A stretch of DNA of 64,000 nucleotides. Source: an uncultured Acidobacteriota bacterium. Lineage in GTDB: Bacteria > Acidobacteriota > Thermoanaerobaculia > Multivoradales > UBA5704. Both the position numbers and the translations under genes were made by a program. The stretch lies in assembly GCA_963700145.1 (NCBI GenBank), contig OY969474.1, positions 3,936,001 through 4,000,000 on the forward strand, given 5' to 3'. Below the pieces are notes generated by a model that saw nothing but the letters and a program-made list of their open reading frames with translations, was not told the DNA's origin and made no database searches. How positions within the stretch are numbered: position 1 is the stretch's first letter; each line of letters starts with the position of its first letter. Positions 1 to 8,300 of this stretch are shown here, in pieces.

Positions 1-3000
1 CCGGCGAGGTAGTCGAGCCCGCCCTTGAGCAGCGCGTCGTCCACCGGGTGGCCGGCGCGCCGCGCCTCGACCAGGAAGTGGGTGGCGTAGACGCTCCCCC
101 AGGGGTGCGCCGTCTGCTCGCCGGGCCAGAGGGCGAAGCCGCCGTCGAAGAGCTGCATCGTCGAGACCCGCCGGATCCCCTCCTGGACGTACCCCGCCGG
201 CTGCGCCTTCTTGAAGAGATCCGGATCGAGCCGCTGGGCGAGGTCGGCGAGGTAGACCAGCGGAAACGCCGTCGAGACGGTCTGCTCGAGGCAGCCGTAG
301 GGGTAGGTCAGGAGGTCGCGGAGCTTCCCTGAGAACTGGACGATCGGCACCGGGCCGAGCGCCAGCTCGCGGGTCAGCGTCTCGGGGCGGAAGCGGCCGG
401 GGTCGGCGAGCGGCAGCTCGGCGGTGGCCTCCTGGAAGGCGCCGACGCGCTCCTCGGTCGTGATCGGCAGGTCGGGCCGCACCGGCACCGCCTCGCTGGT
501 CTTCGAGGTCTCGCCGTTGCCCGTGGCGGTGACGGTCATGCGCACGCCGCCCGAGCGGTCGCCGGTGCGCACGTCGAAGTGGACCATCCCCTCGCGGCCG
601 TTCGCCACCTCGACCTGCCGCGCCGCGTCCCCCTCGACCCGCGCCGGCCCGTCCACGCCGAGCGCCACGCGGAAGGCGCCGTCGCGGCCGGTGTCGTTGC
701 GCAGCGAGACCGGCAGGCGCAGCGTCTCGGCGAACGACAGCACGCGCGGGAAGGTGGGCAGCAGGACGAGCGGGCTCCGCACCCGCACCCGGCGCTCGGA
801 CGAGCCGAACTGCTCGCCGCGCACCGCCACCGCCATCAGGCGCACCGCCCCCTGGAACTCGGGGACGCGGAAGCTGACCGTGGCCTTGCCTTCGGCGTCG
901 GCCTCGACCGGGCCCGACCAGAAGGCGACCGGCTCGGTGCGCCGGATGCCTTCGGTGCGCAGCGACTGCGCGAGCCCCTCCATCCCCTCGCCGCCGCCGC
1001 GCGCCGCCGCCCCCTCGGGCGCCACGTCGGGCAGCAGCAGGCTGAAGGTGTCGAAGGAGGCGACGGTGAGCGCGAGCTTGCGGTAGAAGTGCTCGAAGGG
1101 CTGCGGCGTCTCCTGCGCGATGAGCTGTAGCACCCCCTCGTCCACCGCCGCCACCGTGACGATCGCCTCCGGCGCGGTCTTCACCGCCACCGTCACCTTG
1201 GTCTCCGGCCGCACCTCGGCCGGCGCGGCGATCTCGACCGGCAGGCGGTTGGCGGTGCGGTCGACGCCGATCGGCACCGCGCCGAAGGCCCGCCCGGCCG
1301 AGCCGGGCTCGAGGTCGCCGACCTTGCGCACCAGGGTCGCCGTGACGTAGGCGTTGGGGCGGTAGGCGACCGTCACCGGCAGCTCGATGCGCGCCGTGTT
1401 GCCGTCGAGCATGTGGACCGAGGTGTGGAACACCCGCTCGCGCTCGACGGTCAGGAGAAGCTTGCCCGGGAACGGCGCGCGCACCTGGACGGTGGCGGTG
1501 TCGCCGGGCGCGTACTCGGTGCGGTCGAGATCGAGCTCCAACCGCGCCGGGTTCTTGAGCGCCCAGGGCGAGTACCCCCACTCGCTGACGAAGAACTCGA
1601 CCGCCGCCGCGGCCTGCGTGTCGGGGTCGGTCAGCACCACGCGGTAGCTGCCGGCCCGCCGCGGCTGGAAGCGGAAGCGGTCGCGCGCCTCGCCGCCGGC
1701 GATGGCGCGGGTGTCGACGAGCAGCGAGTCGCGCGTCGATTCGTAGCGGAAGGTCCCGGCCGGCGTGCGGCGCAGGACGGTGTTCCAGCGGTCGAGGAAG
1801 AGGTCGGCGCGGAGCGGCTTCGCCGGCGTCGCCTTGCCGTCGAGGCCCACCGCCGCGTACTCGAAGACCGCCGCCTGGCCGGGGCGCACGAACCCCTCGC
1901 CCTCGGTCTCGCCCTCGCCCGCTACCCGCTTCAGGCCGACGTAGTAGGGGTACGGATGGATGCGCAGCCGCTGCAGCGCCGCCACGCCGCGGCCGCCGCG
2001 CTCCTGGACGCGCGCCGTGATCACGGCCTCCAGCGACGACGGCACCGGCGCGCCGGCCGGCATCGTCGCCTTGAAGGTGGCGCGCCCCTCGTCGTCGAGC
2101 GTCCCCTGCTGCGACAGCACCTCGCGCTCGTCGAGCTCGCGCTCGGGGTTGCGGAAGGTGAAGCCGGGGAAGCCCTCGGGCGCGAAGTCGGAGTCCACCA
2201 GGCGCACCCGGCTCTCGACCGGCAGGTCCGCCGCCGGCGGCCCGAAGAGGTAGGTGCCGGCGACGCGATAGGCCAGCTCCTGCCCCGGGCCGACCCGCTC
2301 GGCCGGCGGCACGATCTCGACCTCGATGCGGTCGGGGACGAACTCCTCGACCTGGAAGCGGTACGTGCCGATCACCTTCTCGGCCACCTCCAGCTCCAGC
2401 GTGTGGTGGCCGGTCAGGGCGTAGGGCGGGAGGTCGAGAGTGAAGGGCGCGAGGCCGCGCGGCGTCGTCTCCAGCCGCTGCGTGCCGCGCTCCCGCCCCA
2501 GCGGGTCGCGGTGGCGGAGGAGGGCCGGCATCGGCTCGGGGGCGCGCAGGTCGCCGTCGCGCACGATCGCGAGGCCCTCGACCTTCTCGCCCGGCCGGTA
2601 GATGTCGCGCTCGCCGTAGAGGTAGGCGGTGTAGCCGCGGCCGGGGGCGGCCTCGCCGCCGACGTCGAGGCCGGCGCTGTCCACCTGCATGGCGTCGAGG
2701 AGCAGGAAGCTGAAGTCGCCGCCGCGCTCGATCGTCACCATGTAGGGCCGGTGGGCGCGCATCGCCTCGGCGTCGGTGAAGCGCCAGAGGCCGGCGCCGT
2801 CGGTGCGCCCCTCGCCGATCACCTGGTTCTGGTCGGAGATGAGGGTGACGCGCGCGCCCTCGACGGCGCCGAGGTCGCGGAAGGACGACACCCAGAGCAG
2901 GAGCTCCCCCTCGCCGCGCTTGGCGACGGCGCCGAGATCCGTGACCAGGAGCCAGCGCTGCGCCCCCTCCCAGTGCCCGGCGCGCGAGACGACCACGCGG

Positions 3001-4415
3001 TAGAGCCCGTTCTTGCCGCGCGGCACGCGGCGGTCGAGCGAGAGCGGCGTGCGCACCGTCTGGTTGGGGCGCGAGCGCACCGGCAGCGTCGCGTCGGTCA
3101 CCCGGTCGCCGAGCGCGTGCGCCACGCCGCCGCCGGCGTAGGTCGTCTCCCCCTCGAAGAAGCCGCCGTACTGGAAGAGGAAGAAGAGGTTGTTGAGATA
3201 GACGCGGTCGATCGTGAGCTGCACCTCGCCGACGTTGACCGTCTCGACCGCCACCGTCTTGGTGCCCGAGGCCGAGAGGAACATCCCCTGGCTCTGGAAG
3301 CCGACCGAGGGCTCGAGGTCGGGGAGGCGCACCTGCGCCTTGTACTCCTCGGGGAGAACGGCGTCGTCGGTGGCGGGAAGGCCCTTGGCGATCGTCAGCG
3401 CGTAGCCCTCGCCGGGGCGGAACTCGCCGGTCAGCGACAGGACGTTGCGCTCGGCCGACGGCCGGTAGCGCACCGCCGGCTCGACGCGCACGTACTTCTC
3501 CGCCACCGCCGCCGAGATCGGCGAGGAGAACCGCACGCGCAGCGTCGACTCGCGCGCCCCCGGCTCGGTCTCCACCCCCCAGACCGCCAGCCGCGTCGAG
3601 GAGCCCACCGGGATCTCGTGCACGAACTCCTCGGGCAGTGGCACGTTGCCCTCGAACGGCGTGAGCGAGCCGTCGATCACCAGCCGCACCTTCCGCTCCT
3701 CGCGCCGCTTCTGCACCGCCGCCGTCTGGAAGCCGATCTGCGGGCTCGGCCAGTCGGTCTCGAGCGTGACCTCGACCGGGTTGTCGTCGCCCAAGTCGGG
3801 ATCGACCAGCCGGATCTTCGAGACCAGGAGCTCGGGGTGCACGGGGTAGTTGAAGCGGATCGTGCCCCGGTAGACGACCCGCGCCTTGCCTTCGAGCGCC
3901 GGCTCCTCCTGCACGTCCACCCCCTCGACCAGGAACTGGTCGGTGCGGACGACGAGCTCGGTGTCGCCGACGAATTCCTGGCCGGGCTTGAGGAGCCGCT
4001 CCGGGATGAGCGTCAGCGTGTACTGGCTGGCGATCGGGAACTGCCCGGAAGGCTGGAAGCGGAGAGCGTTGGTGTCCTGCCACTTCCAGCTCCCGGCGAG
4101 CGCGGGCGAGAGCGTCGCCGGCTCCTCCTTGAGCACCTCGCCCACCGCCCCTTCGCCGAGCGGCCGGTCGAAGAGCACGTCCACGTACGCTCGCCCCTCC
4201 CGGTCGATCACCACGTCGAAGACCTTGACGGCCTCCCCTTCCGGCCCGAGCTTCAGCGCCGCCCCGAGCGGCTCGCGGAAGGCATACGCGGCGAGCGTCG
4301 CCACCAGCACCGAGAGCACGCCGATCGCGACGTCCTTCCAATGCCAGCGGCGCAAGAAGAGAGAGCGGAACCGAGCGGGAAACTTGTCCCGCAGGGTGGC
4401 GAACGGGTTGGGCAT
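1..4415 (-). CDS. Bacterial alpha-2-macroglobulin family protein (YfhM-like); 3' end outside window
   Basis: Manual translation from ATG 4415 (AGGAGA RBS): MPNPFATLRDKFPARF..., N-terminal TM segment, MG2 motif YLYGERDIYRPGE, FQVEEFVPDRIEV, thioester motif YPYGCLEQ near 280-310. Absent from the ORF track because it runs off the window. Confidence 0.92.
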   Translation of the reverse strand, partial: MPNPFATLRDKFPARFRSLFLRRWHWKDVAIGVLSVLVATLAAYAFREPLGAALKLGPEGEAVKVFDVVIDREGRAYVDVLFDRPLGEGAVGEVLKEEPATLSPALAGSWKWQDTNALRFQPSGQFPIASQYTLTLIPERLLKPGQEFVGDTELVVRTDQFLVEGVDVQEEPALEGKARVVYRGTIRFNYPVHPELLVSKIRLVDPDLGDDNPVEVTLETDWPSPQIGFQTAAVQKRREERKVRLVIDGSLTPFEGNVPLPEEFVHEIPVGSSTRLAVWGVETEPGARESTLRVRFSSPISAAVAEKYVRVEPAVRYRPSAERNVLSLTGEFRPGEGYALTIAKGLPATDDAVLPEEYKAQVRLPDLEPSVGFQSQGMFLSASGTKTVAVETVNVGEVQLTIDRVYLNNLFFLFQYGGFFEGETTYAGGGVAHALGDRVTDATLPVRSRPNQTVRTPLSLDRRVPRGKNGLYRVVVSRAGHWEGAQRWLLVTDLGAVAKRGEGELLLWVSSFRDLGAVEGARVTLISDQNQVIGEGRTDGAGLWRFTDAEAMRAHRPYMVTIERGGDFSFLLLDAMQVDSAGLDVGGEAAPGRGYTAYLYGERDIYRPGEKVEGLAIVRDGDLRAPEPMPALLRHRDPLGRERGTQRLETTPRGLAPFTLDLPPYALTGHHTLELEVAEKVIGTYRFQVEEFVPDRIEVEIVPPAERVGPGQELAYRVAGTYLFGPPAADLPVESRVRLVDSDFAPEGFPGFTFRNPERELDEREVLSQQGTLDDEGRATFKATMPAGAPVPSSLEAVITARVQERGGRGVAALQRLRIHPYPYYVGLKRVAGEGETEGEGFVRPGQAAVFEYAAVGLDGKATPAKPLRADLFLDRWNTVLRRTPAGTFRYESTRDSLLVDTRAIAGGEARDRFRFQPRRAGSYRVVLTDPDTQAAAAVEFFVSEWGYSPWALKNPARLELDLDRTEYAPGDTATVQVRAPFPGKLLLTVERERVFHTSVHMLDGNTARIELPVTVAYRPNAYVTATLVRKVGDLEPGSAGRAFGAVPIGVDRTANRLPVEIAAPAEVRPETKVTVAVKTAPEAIVTVAAVDEGVLQLIAQETPQPFEHFYRKLALTVASFDTFSLLLPDVAPEGAAARGGGEGMEGLAQSLRTEGIRRTEPVAFWSGPVEADAEGKATVSFRVPEFQGAVRLMAVAVRGEQFGSSERRVRVRSPLVLLPTFPRVLSFAETLRLPVSLRNDTGRDGAFRVALGVDGPARVEGDAARQVEVANGREGMVHFDVRTGDRSGGVRMTVTATGNGETSKTSEAVPVRPDLPITTEERVGAFQEATAELPLADPGRFRPETLTRELALGPVPIVQFSGKLRDLLTYPYGCLEQTVSTAFPLVYLADLAQRLDPDLFKKAQPAGYVQEGIRRVSTMQLFDGGFALWPGEQTAHPWGSVYATHFLVEARRAGHPVDDALLKGGLDYLA

Positions 4416-4665
4416 GGGGGCGGTTCTCCTGCGTTGCGGTAAGGGAGCGCTACGCTACATCAAGAGCCCGGCGCAAACGATGCGCAGGATGTCCCGTTCC
4501 CCTGGTTCGGCGGCCCCCTCGCGGTCAGGGCAAGAGGCGGGCCGGGCTCTACGAGAATTGCGCGAACACATCACTTATCGGATGGATCACGACACCGGCT
4601 TCGCTTGAACCGACCTCGCCAACGTGCGAGACTGGAAGAGGTTCGGAGACAGAGAGGAGATTTCC

Positions 4666-4935
4666 ATGGGGAACAGCGACACCACGACCGTCACCATCGC
4701 CAATCTGGGCACCAGCCCGATCTCGTACGCGGTCACTTCGGGCACTCCGGGTCAGGAACCGATCCAAGGCTCGTTGCCGGGCCACAGCTACGGCATCGTC
4801 GAGCACGAGTTCTCCGAGAGGCTTGCGGTCACGGTCGGCGACCAGCAGGTCACCGTCCGACCCAACGGTATGGTCACCTTCGTGCCGCCGGGCGTGAGCG
4901 GCCTGGTCAGTACCTTCGAGTTCACGGTTCGCTGA
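4666..4935 (+). CDS. Small hypothetical beta-rich protein (89 aa)
   Basis: GAGAGGAGA RBS before ATG 4666; Thr/Val/Ser-rich, protein-like sequence. Confidence 0.6.
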   Translation: MGNSDTTTVTIANLGTSPISYAVTSGTPGQEPIQGSLPGHSYGIVEHEFSERLAVTVGDQQVTVRPNGMVTFVPPGVSGLVSTFEFTVR

Positions 4936-4959
4936 CGCCGAGCAACCTCACACCGGCCG

Positions 4960-5212
4960 GACCGCCTCCCCCTCCGGCCCCGGCTTGAGCCACCCCGGGA
5001 GAGCGGCGGCCAGCGGCTTGCGAAAGGCGTAGGCCGCGAGGGAGACGGTCAACAGCCCGAGCCCCGCGATCGTCAGGTCCTTCCAGTGCCAGCGGCGGGA
5101 GAAGACGGAGCGCAGCCGGGCGGGGAAGCTTGTCCCGCAGGGTGGCGAACGGGTTGGGCATAAAGGCGGATCTCCTGGCGTGGCACCGCGAAAGCGCGCT
5201 TACGCTACATCA
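4960..5212 (-). pseudogene. Truncated, frameshifted second copy of the alpha-2-macroglobulin 5' end plus upstream region
   Basis: MPNPFATLRDK, then a +1 frameshift, then PARLRSVFSRRWHWKDLTIAGLGLLTVSLAAYAFRKPL...GPEGEAVR; matches 4227-4462, including the shared TACGCTACATCA. Confidence 0.85.
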
Positions 5213-5214
5213 GG

Positions 5215-5301
5215 CGCGTGACCGACACGACGACCGGCGCCGTCGAGACCTACAGGAACCCGGCGGGCACCTATTGCGGAGGGCTGGACGAGGCGTTTTA
5301 G
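5215..5301 (+). pseudogene. 3'-end remnant of a lost gene (RVTDTTTGAVETYRNPAGTYCGGLDEAF-stop)
   Basis: Codon-biased fragment with a stop but no convincing start or RBS; from memory it resembles a recurrent C-terminal motif of secreted acidobacterial proteins (not verified). Confidence 0.5.
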
Positions 5302-5331
5302 ACGCCGTCGGCCCTTACGGCAAGATGCAGG

Positions 5332-5982
5332 TCACACGATGATGTTCGTCTCGGTGGAATCTATCGCAGCTCGGAAGACCTGCAGAGTGAGCCGTGCCGG
5401 CCCCAGCACGATCTCATCTAAATCGGCGAGCGGTGCTGCCTCAAGAAGGCACCGGCCGTTGAGCAGCGTCCCGTTCTTGCTGCCGAGATCCTCCAGAATC
5501 GCGCTTTGTGGACTCACGAGGATACGCGCGTGGCGGCGCGATACCAAGGGATGGGAGATCCAGACGACCGCCTCTCTAGTCCGACCTAGGAGGTTTTCCC
5601 CGTTCTCCAGCGCGACCACGCGCTCGTTCCAGACCAGACGATAGATGTGATCTGCCGCCGCCGGCGGCTGATCAACCCGCCATGCAGTGCCGCACCAGGC
5701 GTAGCCGAAGCTGTGCACGGTCCGGATGAGATGAGGTTGGCGTGAATCGTCACCGAGCACGCGACGAAGCTCCGCCACCAAATTCGACAGACTGGCCTCT
5801 GTGACGAACGCTCCCGGCCAGAGACACCCCAGCAAGTGGTCCTTCGATAGAGCCTGAGGCCGCTTCTCGAGCAAGACCTCGAGAAGACGAAAAGCCTTCG
5901 GGGAAAGATGTACGACTTCCCCGCTGCGTAGCAGCTCCCGGGTGTCGGTATCCAGAACGCAGTTGCTGAAGGCTATGCGCAT
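5332..5982 (-). CDS. Transcriptional regulator, OmpR/PhoB-type winged helix plus FHA domain
   Basis: LSPKAFRLL...SLSNLVAELRRVLGD...IRTVHSFGY (Trans_reg_C); LLGR...VSRRHARI...EDLGSKNGT (FHA). Confidence 0.9.
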   Translation of the reverse strand: MRIAFSNCVLDTDTRELLRSGEVVHLSPKAFRLLEVLLEKRPQALSKDHLLGCLWPGAFVTEASLSNLVAELRRVLGDDSRQPHLIRTVHSFGYAWCGTAWRVDQPPAAADHIYRLVWNERVVALENGENLLGRTREAVVWISHPLVSRRHARILVSPQSAILEDLGSKNGTLLNGRCLLEAAPLADLDEIVLGPARLTLQVFRAAIDSTETNIIV

Positions 5983-5987
5983 TGGGA

Positions 5988-6051
5988 AATCCTTGGAGAA
6001 TCCTTGGCCTTTCTTTAAGCCTTTGCCTCTCTACGTGGCCGATTATACACC
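5988..6051 (+). promoter_or_regulatory. Direct repeats AATCCTTGG (5988, 5999; 11-bp period) upstream of a putative -35 TTGCCT / -10 TATACA-TACACC
   Basis: Repeats are seen directly; the 11-bp spacing is typical of wHTH (OmpR/SARP) operators. Confidence 0.55.
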
Positions 6052-6125
6052 TGAGTGGCCGACGCATTGATGCCTCGACCGGCCGGCCACGAGGACTAGC
6101 GACCCTCGGCTGCAGAGGAGGATTT

Positions 6126-6196
6126 ATGCGAAGAACGTCCAGACCAACCTCAAGGCGGGAGCTAGGTACGTGGTCATCGACTGGGGGATGGGTTGA
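6126..6196 (+). pseudogene. Peptide copy 1, frameshifted right after ATG (would read MAKNVQTNLKAGARYVVIDWGMG)
   Basis: GAGGAGG RBS + ATG 6126; the conserved VQTNLKAGAR frame is out of phase with the ATG, and adding one G (ATG-G-CG) restores it. Confidence 0.6.
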
Positions 6197-6236
6197 TGAA
6201 GGGCGACCTAATCCCAGCGGAGGGAGGTGAAAAGCG

Positions 6237-6302
6237 ATGAAAGTTCAGACCAACCTCAAGGCAGGCGCTAGGCACCAGATCATCGACTGGGGGATGGGTT
6301 GA
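6237..6302 (+). CDS. Small peptide copy 2, MKVQTNLKAGARHQIIDWGMG
   Basis: GGAGGTGA RBS, ATG...TGA, homologous to the neighbouring copies. Confidence 0.8.
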   Translation: MKVQTNLKAGARHQIIDWGMG

Positions 6303-6341
6303 TGAAGGGCCACATAGTTCAGTGAAGGGAGGTGAGAAGCG

Positions 6342-6401
6342 ATGAAAGTTCAGACCAACCTCAAGGCGGGCGCTAGGCACCAGATCATCGACGTCGGGTA
6401 G
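6342..6401 (+). CDS. Small peptide copy 3, MKVQTNLKAGARHQIIDVG
   Basis: GGAGGTGA RBS, ATG...TAG. Confidence 0.8.
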   Translation: MKVQTNLKAGARHQIIDVG

Positions 6402-6435
6402 TCCCAGGCTGTCCACGAAGGGAGGTGAGAAGCGA

Positions 6436-6495
6436 ATGAAAGTTAAGACAAACCTCAAAGCGGGAGCTAGGCACCAGATCATCGACTTCGGGTAA
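6436..6495 (+). CDS. Small peptide copy 4, MKVKTNLKAGARHQIIDFG
   Basis: GGAGGTGA RBS, ATG...TAA; mostly synonymous differences from the other copies (ACA/ACC, AAA/AAG, GGA/GGC). Confidence 0.8.
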   Translation: MKVKTNLKAGARHQIIDFG

Positions 6496-6668
6496 CCAGG
6501 ATCATTTGAAACAGCTCGGGTCATGTTCAGACCTCGCTCCATAAGAGTCCAGGGTGACCGCGTCCCATCCACCAAAGAAGGAGAGCCCGAGTGACTCGTA
6601 AGACACCACGAAGACCGGGAGCACACGGCTTGCCGGCCAGCATGACCACATACGAGAAAGGACACCTC

Positions 6669-7760
6669 ATGAAGACCGCAGCTTCGATGGCCCTGATCGG
6701 ATCACTTCTCTTCGCCGGCGGTGCCGACGCCGAACTCTGTCAGTTCGGCTATGCCGACGCCGTAGTCGTCCGCGACGGCACTCCGACCGTCGGTTGGGTC
6801 GCCGCCCAGAACGCCGGGGTGCCGCAGGACTCCGGTCGCATTATCCCGCTCGACAGCCCGCCCGGGGGCGCCGGCATTGAGGCGCACATGCGCGACATCC
6901 GCTCGTACATCCAGGCGATGAACGCCAATGGCATTCGCCCCCTGGTGGACCTCTCGGACGTCCTCTTCAAGCGGGATCCGTTGGTCAACCCCAACTGCGG
7001 CGCCGACTACGAGCGCGGGTACTTGCGAAACACCACGGCTTGGGAACGCCAGGAGTTCAAACCCGGCGCCGCGGCGAAGCTCGACAGCTTCCTAGCGCTC
7101 AACGCCAGCGAGCTCGGCACGGACAGCATCCGGGGCTTCATCGTCCACGTGGAGGTCAACAACAACTGCGTGCCCGCATGGCGGGTCAACAGCGGAGCCC
7201 GGATGTTGAAGGACCGCGGCTACGGCCCGGCGCAGGGCTACGTTCTCGCCGCCGGGTACGGGCTGGACCGTACCCCCCAGGCGCCGGCGATCTCCACGGG
7301 CATGCCGACGGGCCTCTTCCCCTTCGAGCTGACCCACATCACGCCCTGGGCCTACGACATCCACTCCCTGTACGTGGACTCGGTCTACAACCTCAACATC
7401 GACGTGACCCAGCTCGGCGTCGCCGGCTTTTGGAACAAGCTCGTCGGCAAGCTCAGGCCCAATCAGCAGGTGATCTGGGGGCTGTTGGCGATATGCGGGC
7501 CCACCCAGCAGCAAATGTTCAATGGCTCGCATCTGGCGCCGGAGCACCGGATCGCCACCCAGTGCACGACGCCTCCCTTCCAGGGGACATGGCCGCTCGC
7601 ATCGGTCGCGGACCACTGGCAGTGGTTCGCCGAGCAGCAGCCCCGGGTGGAAGGCCTGATCGCGATCCAGTGGACCGGTCCGAACGGCACCAATGTCTTG
7701 CACTCGGCGGTCACTGGCGCCCACATCGATGTCGGCAACAGCGCCTTGACGTGCGAGTGA
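6669..7760 (+). CDS. Secreted hypothetical protein, possibly a TIM-barrel glycoside hydrolase-like fold
   Basis: GAAAGGA RBS; signal peptide MKTAASMALIGSLLFAGGADA; alternating beta/alpha pattern (GIRPLVDLS, IRGFIVHVE, VEGLIAIQW). Confidence 0.65.
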   Translation: MKTAASMALIGSLLFAGGADAELCQFGYADAVVVRDGTPTVGWVAAQNAGVPQDSGRIIPLDSPPGGAGIEAHMRDIRSYIQAMNANGIRPLVDLSDVLFKRDPLVNPNCGADYERGYLRNTTAWERQEFKPGAAAKLDSFLALNASELGTDSIRGFIVHVEVNNNCVPAWRVNSGARMLKDRGYGPAQGYVLAAGYGLDRTPQAPAISTGMPTGLFPFELTHITPWAYDIHSLYVDSVYNLNIDVTQLGVAGFWNKLVGKLRPNQQVIWGLLAICGPTQQQMFNGSHLAPEHRIATQCTTPPFQGTWPLASVADHWQWFAEQQPRVEGLIAIQWTGPNGTNVLHSAVTGAHIDVGNSALTCE

Positions 7761-7778
7761 GGTCGGCGGCGTGAAAAG

Positions 7779-7806
7779 GGCCGCTGCGCCTGCGGGCGCG
7801 GCGGCC
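7779..7806. terminator. GC hairpin just after the 7760 stop
   Basis: GGCCGCTGCGCC-TGCG-GGCGCGGCGGCC stem-loop preceded by AAAA. Confidence 0.55.
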
Positions 7807-8014
7807 TGTTCCGTCGTCGAGCTCATCCGACGGCATGGCCCCGGGAGCCAAGCTGGTGCTGCAGGGCACCGGCTACCAGGTGGACAAATGAGTGCTCTGC
7901 GAGCCCGTCGTCTGCCCCGGCACGCTCTTCGGTTCCCATGGCACTCCTCTCCAAGGAGGGGCTGGAGCTCGCCGCGGCCCTGGAGAAGGTGGCGTAACGC
8001 CCGCCGGAAGCCCC

Positions 8015-8300
8015 GGAATATCCCTGCGCGACCTGCAGACGCCCCGGCGGAGCCTCCTAATGTCCTCCCGGGACCTCGGAACCTGTTGCGCGCCCTCCGG
8101 AACCTCCTGCGCGACGCCGGGAATCGACTGCGCGACGCCGGGAATGGGTTGCGCGCGCTGCGGAACCTCCTCCGAGCCGCTCGGAAAGGGTCCCCGGCGC
8201 TCCGCAACCTGTTCCCCGGCCCGCGCAACCCATTCCCACGCTCCGGGGGAGGGTTCCGGAGCCGCCGCAGGACGTTCCACGCCTCCCGCAGGCCATTGGC
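8015..8300. repeat. 21-bp-period degenerate palindromic array A
   Basis: Units at 8078, 8099, 8120, 8141, 8162, 8183, 8204, 8225, 8246, 8267 with G[G/C]AA-N4-TT[G/C]C-like cores. Confidence 0.8.

Noticed and set aside
1413-4442. Long ORF-track entries such as 1413-4442(+), 44106-47309(-), 58062-62804(-)
   Set aside because: Antisense or alternative-frame shadows of real genes in high-GC DNA; Arg/Ala/Gly-rich with no motifs.
6110-6500. Peptide array as a CRISPR array
   Set aside because: The repeated part is RBS + ORF with synonymous variation, longer than CRISPR repeats, and no cas genes are present.
7938-7997. Mini-ORF MALLSKEGLELAAALEKVA before array A
   Set aside because: No RBS; it may be a 3' gene remnant but is too short to support.
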